Source of the DNA: an uncultured delta proteobacterium
GTDB lineage: Bacteria > Desulfobacterota > WTBG01 > CAIYCZ01
DNA length: 64,000 nt
Direction of reading: 5' to 3'
Assembly (NCBI GenBank): GCA_963803975.1
Contig: CAWDOY010000014.1
Location: forward strand, 159,882-223,881
Of this stretch, positions 1 through 12,335 are shown in pieces. The translations under genes and the position numbers were made by a program. A model generated the notes under the pieces. It was not told the origin of the DNA. It searched no databases and worked only from the letters and a program-made list of their open reading frames with translations. How positions within the stretch are numbered: position 1 is the stretch's first letter; every line of letters begins with the position of its first letter.

Positions 1-1
1 C

Positions 2-1576
<1,575 letters not shown>

Positions 1577-1851
1577 AATTAGGTTAAGGCGGGGAAAAAG
1601 AAAATGCTGCATCGAAAGGGACGCAGATAAACGTCCACCCTCCGCAGTGCAATGAAGATAAAGATATTGGTGATTACCAGGTGCCATTTTAATTTTGGGT
1701 GCTAACTTTGTCAGTGCTACGGAGGACGGGCGGATTTTCAGGATGCTAAATAAGTATTTTTCCTGATTTCCTGAGTTCCAGATATCGGTGATTATATTTC
1801 TTTATCCGGATGGGTATTGTATAAATATTCCTGAAGGGCTATACTGAACCT

Positions 1852-2184
1852 ATGCAAAATCTGAAGCTTAATCAAAACGAAGAACAGGCTATTATAAAGC
1901 TCAGTAAAGCGCTGCGGGCAAAATACCGCATTATTGATTTTTACGTGTACGGCTCTAAAGCACGCGGGGATGCTACGCCTGAGTCTGATATCGATGTTAT
2001 GATTGAGCTCGAAGAGTACACCCCCGAAATTGAGTCAGCGATTGATGACCTTGTTTTTGACATAAATCTTGCTCATGACTGCTTCATATCAACAGTGATG
2101 TTCAGCAAAAAAGAGCTTGAGGAAGGCCCTCTTGGTGAATCACCTTTTTATAAAGCAATAGCACGGGAGGGGATTAGAATTTGA
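1852..2184 (+). CDS. Minimal nucleotidyltransferase (MNT/MntA-type antitoxin)
   Basis: 110 aa with YGSKARGDATPESDIDV (GS-x10-DxD pol-beta motif). Overlaps the start of a downstream HEPN gene. Confidence 0.9.
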   Translation: MQNLKLNQNEEQAIIKLSKALRAKYRIIDFYVYGSKARGDATPESDIDVMIELEEYTPEIESAIDDLVFDINLAHDCFISTVMFSKKELEEGPLGESPFYKAIAREGIRI

Positions 2185-2577
2185 CTGCAGATGAAAAGAA
2201 AATCGAGCTTGCAAAATATAGAATCAAACAGGCTGAAGAAAGTCTTGAGGAAGCACGGTTTCTTTTGTCCGGGAGAAAAGTACCCGTTCTATAATTAATC
2301 GGGCTTATTATGCCAGTTCTATTCAGTATTGGCGCTGCTGGTACATGAAAGTTACTCGTCTTCGAAACATAGTGGAGTTATCAGTTATTTTAATAAGCGT
2401 TTTATAAAAGAGGGCGTCTTCCCGGAAGGTCTCGGCAGAGCAATAAATAAGGCATTTGAACTGAGGCAGCGTGGAGATTACCGCGAATACTGTGATCTCA
2501 GCTATGACCAGGTAACGCCAATAATCGAAGAGGCAGAACTTTTCATAACAGCAGTAAAAAGGCATTTGAGTTTATAA
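2181..2577 (+). CDS. HEPN domain protein (UPF0332-like), two frameshifts
   Basis: TTG at 2181 gives LTADEKKIELAKYRIKQAEESLEEARFLL. Shifting frame near 2278 and 2315 restores SIINRAYYA[M]FYSVLALL...KHSGVISYF...FELRQRGDY. Confidence 0.8.
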
Positions 2578-2684
2578 TCAACTGAAATGCCTTTTCTGCA
2601 ACATGTCCTTCTATAATTCCCCGTGAGTTTTGCATAAAAGCATGCCCCTGTCAGGTTTCTCCCAAAGAGGAGGCTGATCGAACC

Positions 2685-4004
2685 ATGACCGAAGAATCTT
2701 ATCTTGAGCGAACCAACCTTTTGTTTGACCGGGCAGTACAGATCATAAACTGCTCCCGCGGCGCAAAAGACCAGCTGAAAGCCGGCATCGTTGACATGCT
2801 CAGAAGGCCCCAGCGCATCCATCACGCGCGCTTCCCGGTTAAGATGGACAATGATGAAGTGCGGATGTTTGAAGGCTGGCGAGTGCAGCACTCTCTTGAC
2901 AAAGCGCCTACCAAAGGCGGTCTCAGGCTCTCTCCAGATGTCAGCCTTGAAGAGCTCTCAGCCCTGGCCTTCTGGATGACCTGGAAGAATGTCATAGCCG
3001 CCACGCCGTTTACCGGCGCCAAGGGGGGCGTGGTCTGCGACACCAAAAGTCTGAGCGAGGTGGAAATAGCGCGCATCATACGCCGGTTTGCCTACGAGAT
3101 GAGCCACGTGTTCGGCCCCTTAAGCGACGTGCCATCCCCCGACATGTACACGGGCCCCCGGGAGATGGCGTGGATCTATGATACCTTCACCATGATGAAC
3201 GCCAGAAATCCGGTGGCGAATCCCCAGGCCGTGGTCACCGGAAAGCCGGCAGCCTTCGGCGGCATAGAATTGCGAAAAGAGGCTACAGCCTTGGGCGGTG
3301 TCTATGTGCTTGAAGAAGCTTTTCGCCGGGGCGATATAAAGGCAGCCGGCGGGCTGTCCGGGAAAACCGTGGCGGTGCAGGGGTTCGGTAAAGTCGGTGC
3401 TGCTGCGGCGCGGCTCTTCCATGAACGGGGAGCCCGCATTGTGGCGGTGTCTGATTCAAAAGGCGGCATCTACTGCCCGGAAGGGCTTGATCCGGCAGAC
3501 GTATTAAATTATAAGCGCGCGTCGAAAGAAAAATCTATCACCAGCTACCGGGGCTTACCGGTCCTGGAGCGCGACGCCATTCAGACCGTGGCCTGTGATA
3601 TTTTTGTTCCCGCAGCGGGCCAGGATTCACTCACCGCGCACTATGCCCGGCAGCTGCAGGCTTCAATAGTGCTTGAGCTTGCCAATGGTCCTGCGACCCT
3701 GCAGGCGGACGAAGTGCTTGCTGCAAAGGGGGTCTTTGTGATCCCTGATTTTGTGGCTAATGCCGGAGGGGTTGTCGCCTCCTACTACGAGTGGCAGGCA
3801 AACCTGCGCTATGACCGGCAGACAGGAACTGAAACCTACCGCGGCCGGCTGCAGGAGCAGATGACCCAGACCTATGAGCGCGCCCGCGCAACACAGCTTG
3901 ATTATTCAAAACGCTGCCGCGCCATCAGCCTGCGCGAGGCAGGCCTCATCTACGGTATAGAAGAGCTGCACGACCACATCCGGGAGCGGGGCATCTTTCC
4001 GTAA
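2685..4004 (+). CDS. Glu/Leu/Phe/Val dehydrogenase (glutamate dehydrogenase-like)
   Basis: KGGLR, MTWK, GAKGG, DVPSPD, VTGKP, Rossmann VQGFGKVG, ELANGP and NAGGV motifs. Confidence 0.92.
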   Translation: MTEESYLERTNLLFDRAVQIINCSRGAKDQLKAGIVDMLRRPQRIHHARFPVKMDNDEVRMFEGWRVQHSLDKAPTKGGLRLSPDVSLEELSALAFWMTWKNVIAATPFTGAKGGVVCDTKSLSEVEIARIIRRFAYEMSHVFGPLSDVPSPDMYTGPREMAWIYDTFTMMNARNPVANPQAVVTGKPAAFGGIELRKEATALGGVYVLEEAFRRGDIKAAGGLSGKTVAVQGFGKVGAAAARLFHERGARIVAVSDSKGGIYCPEGLDPADVLNYKRASKEKSITSYRGLPVLERDAIQTVACDIFVPAAGQDSLTAHYARQLQASIVLELANGPATLQADEVLAAKGVFVIPDFVANAGGVVASYYEWQANLRYDRQTGTETYRGRLQEQMTQTYERARATQLDYSKRCRAISLREAGLIYGIEELHDHIRERGIFP

Positions 4005-4006
4005 AG

Positions 4007-4037
4007 AGCTGTCAGCTATCAGCGGTCAGCTTTCAGC
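4007..4037 (+). repeat. Heptamer-periodic intergenic repeat, copy A
   Basis: AGCTGTCAGCTATCAGCGGTCAGCTTTCAGC; 27/31 identical to 63661-63691 and related (inverted) to 56975-56998. Confidence 0.7.
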
Positions 4038-4044
4038 CCTTTAT

Positions 4045-6271
4045 TTATTTTATTGGCATTGTCTTGCCGCTGCTCCGTGTAATGCGCAACGTATTGCCGA
4101 TAACCGTGAGACTGCTGGCAAACATGGCCGTGACCGCGATCAGGGGATTGATGAGGCCTGACATGGCCAGGGGAATGGCCAGACCATTGTATATGAAGGC
4201 AAGAAACAGGTTCTGCCGGATGGCCTTCAATGCCTGGCAGGAGAGGTCTATAACATCCAGAACGCACAGCGGGTCGCTGGAGAGAAGGTGAATGTCGGCT
4301 GAGCCGAGGGCAAAGTTTGTTCCGGTCAGAAGTGCTATTCCCACATCGGCCTGCGCAAGAGCTGCCGCGTCATTTACCCCGTCGCCGACCATGGCAACCC
4401 GCCTACCCTGCTGCTGAATGCTTTTTATAATCTCTCCCTTGTGCTGCGGAAGCGCCTGCCCCTGAAACCGGGCAATGCCCGCCTGTTCTGCCACTGCCCG
4501 GGTTGTGTCAGGAGAATCACCGGAAACCAGCCAGAGATCTATACCACGCGCCTGAAGTTTTTTAACTGCTTCCACGGTGGACGGCTTCAGGGCATCCCCC
4601 AGCACAAAAAAGCCCGAACCGTTGGTCCCCATCCCAAGGAAGATTACGGTTTCCCCCTGCTGCTCATACCGATTCGCCGCATCAAGCAGCGCTGGCGTGC
4701 AAGATGCTCCGCGAGCCTCCATCAGCTTTCTGTTGCCGATCATTATTTCTCTGTCCGTTCACCATTGCCGTAACCCCCAGACCCGGAAGCTCTGCAAAAT
4801 TTTCTACTTCTGCAAACATCAACCCGGCATTGCGCGCCTGGCGCACTAGTTCCCGCGCCGCGAAGTGGGCGGAGCGTGCTTCTACCGAGGCGGCAAGCTG
4901 GAGCGCTTCTTTTTCCGGCAAGCCTTCTGTAACTATCTTCCGCAGGGAGAAAACACCTTCGGTAATGGTTCCGGTTTTGTCTAAAACCATGGTTTCAAGC
5001 GACGCGGCCTGTTCCAGCACGGCCGGGTCCTGGATGATTATCCCCTGCTCATGCGCTCTGCGGATAAACGCCACCTTTGCCAGGGGTATGGCAATGCCAA
5101 GGGTGCAGGGGCAGGTTATAACCATTACAGAAAGAGCCCTGAGCATGGCAGTGTCAAATGCCGCACCGCTATACAGGAGACAGCCCGCGGTAATTACTGA
5201 CAGGCCGAGTATTGCCGGCACCAGCCAGCGCATAAGCCGGTCTGCGGTCTTCTCGGCGGGGATTTTTTTAGCAAGCGCCTCCTGCATGAATGCTATGGTT
5301 TTGCCGAGAGCGCTTTCCCCGGCAGTGCGGACTGCTGAAAGGGTGAGCTCTCCGTCAAGCAGCATGCTCCCGCCCAGCACCTCGTCCCCTGCGCTCTTCT
5401 TTACCGGGCGGGATTCACCGGTAAGAATCGATGCGTCAATGAATGCGCTGCCTGAGATAACACGGCCGTCAAGCGGGCACCGTTCGCTGTTCAGCACTGA
5501 AAATTCATCTCCCGGCTGCACTGTTTCCGCCGCTACCCAGCGCTCAGCCCCGCCCGCGCCCAGGCGGACCTTGCGGCCTGCATAGCTGTACAGCTCAAGT
5601 ATTCCGGCTGAAACATTGTGCCGGGCCCGGGCCTCAATGTATTTCCCCAGAAGCACCAGGCTGACCAGCATGGAGGCGGTATCAAAATAGAGATGGATGC
5701 TGCCCCGTGCCATTTGTATGACGCTGTAGCCGTATGCTGACAGGGCGCCGATGGCAATGAGGGTATCCATTGAGGTTTGCAGATGGCGCAGCCCGGCAAA
5801 CGCCCGCTTAAGAATTGGATAGCCGCAGTAAAAGATAACCGGCGTTGCGAGTATCCACTGGGGGAACGATAGGTACCAGATGGCGCTGCCGGAGAGCTCC
5901 TGAAAAAATCCCCAGTAGAGCGCGTGGGAGACCATCATCACGTTTGCGCTGAGCAGGATGGAGATGCCGAGGCGCAGCAGGAGGCTTCTTTTTTCAGCAT
6001 CATGCTCTGCATGCTCCTGGAACTGAGAAGGCCGGTACCCGAGCTCGGTAATCTTTCCCAGTATCTCCTGCGGGGTTATAAGGTGCGGCAGGTATTTGAC
6101 CTGCACCATGTCGGTGAGGAAGTGGGTCTTTGCTTCTTTTATTCCCCTTGTTTTACCCAGCATGGTGTCGATCACGGCTGCACACCTGGTGCAGGACATG
6201 CCGTCAACCCTGAGAATCAGCTCAAGGGCGGAAATAGCGCTGTCCATGGTGTTCTCAGGTGGTGAGTTCAT
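4045..6271 (-). CDS. Heavy-metal (Cu+) P1B-type ATPase, CcoI/FixI-like; frameshift near 4740
   Basis: HMA GMSCTRC, TGES, CPC and DKTGT in ORF 4682-6271; GDGVND, YN and MFASS in ORF 4045-4743. The N-terminal RLGISILLSANVMMVSHALYWGFF resembles the CcoI/FixI subgroup. Confidence 0.9.
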
Positions 6272-6427
6272 AAGTGATTATGGGGAATGCGTTTTAGAGC
6301 AGTACCCTTCTCATAGCTATGCATTACATAATTAAACCGCTGTTTTCAAGTCTATTCAGGGAATTTAACTTGAATGTACCAGTCTTTTTAAATAAGATTC
6401 AACCAGCTTAATTTTAAACAGGAGGAA

Positions 6428-7204
6428 ATGAGGAAGATGACGGGCGGGTTCGATTTTCTTCTCGTGGGACTTGCGGCAGTAGCCGGCGGGGCGGTTAACG
6501 CGCTGGCCGGCGGCGGCACGCTCATCACCTTTCCCCTGCTCACCGCAGTGGGCATCCCGGCGGTAGCTGCCAACGTGACCAATACCGTGGCCCTGTGTCC
6601 CGGCTACCTCGGGGCGACTATTGCTCAGATGAAAGACCTGCGCGGGCAGGGGCACCGGCTGCTGCTTCTTATTCCCGCGAGCGTGCTGGGCGGAATCATG
6701 GGCGGTGTCCTGCTTCTGAAAACAGGCGAGCACCTGTTTCGCGCGCTGGTGCCGTTTCTGATTCTTTTCGCCACCGGCCTGATAGCTTTTCAGGACCCTC
6801 TGCGTAAACGGATTATGCGTCGCGTCGGGCAGACGACAGAGCCGGCAACTGCACACGGGGCATGGATAGTGCTGCCGGTTGTTCCGGCTGCTATGTACGG
6901 CGGATATTTCGGTGCAGGGGTAAGCGTCATGGTGCTGGCCGTGCTTGGCCTGGTGCTAGATGACACGCTGGCACGGCTTAACGCGCTCAAGCAGGCTGTG
7001 GCGTTCAGCATCAACATTGCAGCAGCCATCTTCTTCCTTTTTTCGGGACAGGTCGTTTGGGCGGCAGCCGCGGTGATGGCTGTGGGAGCAATGATAGGCG
7101 GCGCCCTGGGAGGTAGATTAGCGGGGAAAATCTCATCAAGGCTGCTGCGCAGGATCGTTGTCACCATTGGTGTCGTGGTATCCCTGATATACTTTCTGCG
7201 TTAA
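6428..7204 (+). CDS. Sulfite exporter TauE/SafE (TSUP) family membrane protein
   Basis: [13 protein letters not shown] and YGGYFGAG repeats, about 8 TM segments. The start may be 6437. Confidence 0.88.
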   Translation: MRKMTGGFDFLLVGLAAVAGGAVNALAGGGTLITFPLLTAVGIPAVAANVTNTVALCPGYLGATIAQMKDLRGQGHRLLLLIPASVLGGIMGGVLLLKTGEHLFRALVPFLILFATGLIAFQDPLRKRIMRRVGQTTEPATAHGAWIVLPVVPAAMYGGYFGAGVSVMVLAVLGLVLDDTLARLNALKQAVAFSINIAAAIFFLFSGQVVWAAAAVMAVGAMIGGALGGRLAGKISSRLLRRIVVTIGVVVSLIYFLR

Positions 7205-7394
7205 CAGGCGGTGACCCATCTTTCGCATTGCTACGGAGGGTGATAAAACAACTTTTTCAAAAAAAAGGGAGGCAGCAAGCCCCCCCTTGCTATTTTTTAG
7301 CCCTTGCCGAGTAAGTGACTATACGTGAAGCAGTCTTTTTCTGCAGCCGGTTTGCAGTAATATACAGATTAAATTTTATTCCGCAGTTCGCGCT

Positions 7395-8312
7395 TTATTT
7401 CTGTCCGGTCTCAATCGGCAGATCGGCAATGCTTGACCATTCATTAAAGCCGCCGTCATAATTTCTTACCTTGAAGCAGCTCAGCATATATTTGAGAACA
7501 AAATAGGTATGAGCAGACATCTGCCCCTGACCGCAGTAAACAATTATGTTCTTATCAGGGGTGACGCCTATTTTTTCATAGGCCTGCTTCAGCTCTTCCT
7601 TGCTCTTCAGCGTGCCGTCGGCCTTTAAATCATCGCCCCAGAAATGATGCACGGCGCCTTTGATATGGCCTTTGCGTTTCCAGAACCCCTTTTCGCCGGT
7701 ATACATTTCAAGCGGCCGCACATCAACTATAACCGCTGTTTTTTCTTCTGAAGCTCTCTTGACCGCGCGCAGCGGCGCCCGCCACTGTTCATGGAGATTA
7801 AAAATGGTGTACGTAGACTGCCGGGCCTTTGGGTAATCCTGGGTAACCGGGCGCTTTTCCTGCTGCCATTTACTAAAGCCGCCGTCAAGCATGCCGCTGA
7901 AGTTCTGCCCAAGGTAATCAAGCGCCCAGATAAGATAGGCGGCTTTTTCATCGCTTCGGTCGCTGTACACAACAACCTTCGCCATTCGGCTGACGCCCAT
8001 TTTCCCCAGCATTATTTCAAGAGCCTCCGGGGGCATGAGCTTTACGGGAACTCCGCGGCTGCTTAACCGCAAAGCCTCAGGATTTAAATAGATAGCGCCG
8101 GGTATGTGCCCCTGCCAGTAGTCGGTTACCTTGTCCCGGATATCAATGATCCGGATATCAAATCGTTTCATGTTCGCGCTCAGCCACTCGGTGGTTATTA
8201 CGTGAGGATGCGTTTCCTCGGCAATAACGCTCCCCACGAAAGACAGGGTAAAAATTAAAAACAGTGCAGCAACAACGAGGTGGTTCCGGTTTACCGTTCT
8301 GGTGTTTCTCAT
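7395..8312 (-). CDS. Two-domain sulfurtransferase (rhodanese/SseA-like) with signal peptide
   Basis: GHIPGA, LDGGFSKW, GHIKGA, active-site loop YCGQGQMS and YDGGFNEW. Hydrophobic N-terminal leader ending VIA-EE. AGGAGG RBS before ATG 8312. Confidence 0.9.
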   Translation of the reverse strand: MRNTRTVNRNHLVVAALFLIFTLSFVGSVIAEETHPHVITTEWLSANMKRFDIRIIDIRDKVTDYWQGHIPGAIYLNPEALRLSSRGVPVKLMPPEALEIMLGKMGVSRMAKVVVYSDRSDEKAAYLIWALDYLGQNFSGMLDGGFSKWQQEKRPVTQDYPKARQSTYTIFNLHEQWRAPLRAVKRASEEKTAVIVDVRPLEMYTGEKGFWKRKGHIKGAVHHFWGDDLKADGTLKSKEELKQAYEKIGVTPDKNIIVYCGQGQMSAHTYFVLKYMLSCFKVRNYDGGFNEWSSIADLPIETGQK

Positions 8313-8540
8313 GCATTCCTCCTGGTTAGATTTCATCGTTGAATTTCAAGCATCCGGTTAATTACGTTATTATGTAATCTCTAATTCAAACAAGAGTCAA
8401 ATATATTCTTACCTACTGCGCGGGACCTGTAAAGCTTTTTTATCAGACCCCCGGCAGCGGCAGGACGGACTATCGAGGGAACTTGTGGACACTTCCCTCA
8501 GTTTAATCAGGCAGGACCAAGAGCCTGCGGGCAGATTGTC

Positions 8541-9020
8541 TTATGCGCCTTTTCCAAGCGAGCGGATATAATTAATAATGAGCCAGCGGTCAGCTTCTGC
8601 AACCGTGTAGGCAAGCGGCGGGTGCCTGCGGAAACCAAGGCTTATTTTATAAAACAGCTCTCCATCCTTCTGCCCCTGCACATAGGGGCTGGCAAGGTTT
8701 GCGGGCAGCGGATAGAAGCTTTGCCCTACCGTCCCGTTGCCGTCAGCTTTTGTTCCGTGGCACATACCACAGTAATAGCCGTAGCGCGTTTTGCCCGCAG
8801 CAATTGTTTCACGGTTTAAGGCAACGGGATTGCGCAGCTGCGATGGCGCTGATTCGCGCAGGGCCTGAATGCCGTTTTTTATTGGAACCGTATTGGCGGG
8901 CATTTCGGGTAATTTAACTTCATACGGACGCAGCGACTCCTGATCACTCATGCGGGCATAGTCACAGCCGGTGATGAGCAACAAGGCTATTGCCGCGATA
9001 ACAGCGCAACTTTTATGCAT
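8541..9020 (-). CDS. Lipoprotein monoheme cytochrome c, ActE-like
   Basis: Lipobox LLITG-C, then M-x-DQ motif, GKTRYGYYCGMCHG-x3-DGNG and C-terminal DRWLIINYIRSL. Confidence 0.85.
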   Translation of the reverse strand: MHKSCAVIAAIALLLITGCDYARMSDQESLRPYEVKLPEMPANTVPIKNGIQALRESAPSQLRNPVALNRETIAAGKTRYGYYCGMCHGTKADGNGTVGQSFYPLPANLASPYVQGQKDGELFYKISLGFRRHPPLAYTVAEADRWLIINYIRSLGKGA

Positions 9021-9106
9021 AGGTATTGAGCGGTTAACTATAATATTGTGATGCCTTAATTGCACCTGATTGATCAACGCCACATTTCCTTAAGAATTTA
9101 ATTTCG

Positions 9107-10580
9107 CTATTGTTTTGTAGCCCACTCCGTTCCCTGCGGGGTGTCCTTCAATATAATCCCCTTCTCCTCCAGCTGCTTGCGGATCTCATCAGCTTTTTTA
9201 AAGTCCTTGGATTTTCTCGCCAGCTCCCGGTCTTTGATCAGCTGTTCTATTTCCTCTGGCGAGATTGCTGCGGCAGCAAGCCCTTTTTCTTTCTGTTTCT
9301 GAAAATATGCCTGGGCTGATTCCTGGAACAGGCCAAAGACGCTGCCGACCATTTTGAACTGTTCCTTTGCCAGCTGGAATGTGCCCTCGGCAATCTGAAA
9401 GGTGGGGAATTTCTTTTTCTGGTCAATGATGGAGTTGAGGCTTCTGGTCAGGGTATAAAGATGCCCCAGGGCCGCGGCGGTGTTAAAATCATCATCCATT
9501 GCTTCAATGAATTTTCCCTGAAATTCCTGCAGCTCTTTGACCAGCCGTTTTTCTCCAAGGCTCTGGGCAGCAGCGCCTTTATCCAGGGACTGTAATTTCA
9601 CCCAGGTCCCTGAGTACTGCATAAAACCGGTCAAGGCCAACCTTGGCCTCTGTCAGGTTCTGCTCGGAATAATCAACCGGACTCCGGTAGTGATTAGAGA
9701 GCAGGAACAGGCGCAGCACCTCCGGATGGTAGGTCTCAAGTATCTCGCGGATGCTGAAAAAATTCTTCAAAGACTTTGACATCTTCTGCTGGTTGATGTT
9801 CACGAACCCGTTATGAATCCAGTACCGGGCAAAGGGCGCGCCGGTTGCGCACTCAGCCTGGGCAATTTCGTTCTCATGGTGCGGGAAGATGAGGTCCATG
9901 CCGCCGCCGTGGATGTCAAAGGTTGTGCCCAGATATTTCTGGCTCATGGCAGAACATTCGATGTGCCACCCGGGCCGCCCTTTGCCCCACGGGCATTCCC
10001 AGAACGGCTCGCCTTCTTTGCTCTTCTTCCACAGGGCAAAATCAAGGGGGCTCTGCTTCCGCTCATCTACCTCCACGCGGGCTCCTGAATTGAGCTCTTC
10101 TATGTTTTTTCCTGAGAGCCTGCCGTATTCAGAAAAGCTGCCCACGCTAAAATAGACATCCCCCTCAACTTCGTAGGCAAATCCCTTTTCTATAAGGGCC
10201 TCAACCATCGCTATCATTTCAGGAATATGGTCGGTAGCCCGGGGAGAAACCGAAGGCTTCTCCAGGCCGAGCATATCCATGTCATGGTCAAACTCTTTTA
10301 TGTAGCGATCAGAGATGTCCTTATAGGTAACGCCCTCTTCCTGCGCCCGCTTGATTATCTTGTCATCAATATCAGTATAGTTGCGCACAAAGGTGACTTT
10401 ATATCCGCGGTATTGCAGGTAGCGGTATATGACGTCAAAGACAATCAGGGCGCGGGCATGGCCGATATGAGATAGATCATATACTGTCACGCCGCAGGCA
10501 TACAAGCCGACGGAGCCCTCCCTGAGAGGTACAAACTCCTCTTTCTTTTTCTTCATGGTGTTGTAAATCTGAATCGTCAT
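9107..10580 (-). CDS. cysS: Cysteine--tRNA ligase; frameshift near 9590
   Basis: [23 protein letters not shown] and KMSKS. The C-terminal DDDFNT and ADEIRKQL segments lie in a second frame. Confidence 0.97.
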
Positions 10581-10788
10581 CAACGGATCCTTTCAATCTG
10601 GCAGGGTTTTCTGGTACCGCTTATTTTTAGCAGATAACCACCGCATTGCAAAATGGTTTTTGTGCGATGCCTGAGAAAGGCAAAAGGCAGAAGTAATGGT
10701 GACCTCTGCCTTCGAAACGGTCTGCCGCCCAAAGGCAGCAACAGCGTATGCAGTGTTTTATACCTTCCTGCCGGTAAAATAATGGCGG

Positions 10789-11754
10789 CTATCTGTCCGG
10801 GGGTTTTACGCTTTTCAATGCAAGGTACGCAGCGCCATAAATCCCTGCCTCATTACCAAGCTGTGACGCCGTGATCTTTATTTTACTCTGAGATATAGCA
10901 TATACCTGGCGCGCAACCTCTTCCAGCAAAAAAGACCTGAAAACTTCTAAAGCATTACTTGCGGCACCGCCAATGATGAAGTTGTGGATGTCTAACAGGT
11001 TATTCACATTGCTGATGCCAATGGCCAGATAGCGAGCCATTTGCTTAAAAATATCTATGGAAATGGCGTCGCCCTGAAGCGCCGCCTGATGCACCATCTC
11101 CGCATCAATAGTAGAAAAATCTCCCCTTGATAAATTCTTTAAACTCGAACACGCGCCGGACTGCACCGCATCCTGTGCCATCCGTTTTATTGCTGTGGCA
11201 GAGCTATAGGCCTCAAGACAGCCGCGTTTGCCGCAGGCACAGAGTATTCCATCCGTCGCAACCACCATGTGCCCGATTTCACCGGCCTTGCCGTTCTCAC
11301 CGGCCCAGAGGTCTCCATGTAAAATAAACCCGCCGCCGATTCCCGTGCCCAGGGTGATGAGAAGAAAATTATCAAGCTCTCTGCCGGCACCTGCCCACTT
11401 CTCGCCCAGTGCTGCGGCATTGGCATCATTCTCCAGAAAAACCGGCAGCTGCAGCGCTTCGTTCAGCAGTTTTTTTAAAGGAGCCTGCTCTAATGGCTTA
11501 ATGTTAGGGGACTGGAGCAATACTTCTTTTGGGGGATCAAGGACGCCGGCAACACCAATGCCAACAGATAACACCTGCCCTTTTGCAGTGTGGAGGGATT
11601 TTATAAGTGCTATCAGGTTTTGCAGGACAGCGTCTCTGCCTCTATCAACCCGGGTCTCTTCGGAGCGCTTCTCTACCAGTGCTCCATCGCTGCCAAACAG
11701 GGCACCCTTGATCATGGTGCCGCCGATGTCGATGCCGATTACATAGTCTTGCAT
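10789..11754 (-). CDS. ROK family sugar kinase (glucokinase-like)
   Basis: GIDIGGT, ENDANAAALGE, LGTGIGGG, GEIGH and CACGKRGCLE. No HTH domain. Confidence 0.92.
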   Translation of the reverse strand: MQDYVIGIDIGGTMIKGALFGSDGALVEKRSEETRVDRGRDAVLQNLIALIKSLHTAKGQVLSVGIGVAGVLDPPKEVLLQSPNIKPLEQAPLKKLLNEALQLPVFLENDANAAALGEKWAGAGRELDNFLLITLGTGIGGGFILHGDLWAGENGKAGEIGHMVVATDGILCACGKRGCLEAYSSATAIKRMAQDAVQSGACSSLKNLSRGDFSTIDAEMVHQAALQGDAISIDIFKQMARYLAIGISNVNNLLDIHNFIIGGAASNALEVFRSFLLEEVARQVYAISQSKIKITASQLGNEAGIYGAAYLALKSVKPPDR

Positions 11755-12033
11755 GATAACCCGTTAATAGGTGAAAACGCAGATGCAAGCAGATTATCAG
11801 GATTGCAGAAAGCTTGCAAGTGTTGAAACTTATTTAAATTTCACGCTTCTCTTTTCGAATCTTTTTTAAACCAGAGAAAGCCCGCCTTCTGAATGGTTCT
11901 ATTAGCTGCAGCGGCTTATGTTAGAGGACAGAAATAAAAAACAGTTCCTGCCGTTCTCTTTTTACACCAGCTCACCAATTATAACTTCTCATAATTCAAA
12001 GCGTTTTACTCTTCTGGCAAATTGCCAACAATG

Positions 12034-12062
12034 TTGACAACCGCCCGTGGCTTCGGTATTGT
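12034..12062 (+). promoter_or_regulatory. Candidate sigma70 promoter upstream of bioF
   Basis: TTGACA (12034-12039), 17-nt spacer, TATTGT (12057-12062). Confidence 0.45.
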
Positions 12063-12335
12063 TCTTGTATTATATTGATTATATTATAAAGCGCACGCGT
12101 GTAAAACGGACTTTTTGCCCAATGACCGCTTGAATGTATAATGGTTGGAATGCACCATAGAAGAGGGTAACTGCGCCCAATAGCGACTATTTTTCGAGCG
12201 CTGGCGGCTCTTTAACGTCAACCCAATACCTGGCCGTGATTTTGTTGCTTCTTGACAACAACCTGCAAATTATTTGTCAAATTGACAAAATTCCCGTTTT
12301 AGCGCTCTAAATTTTTAAACTAACAGCACGCTTTT

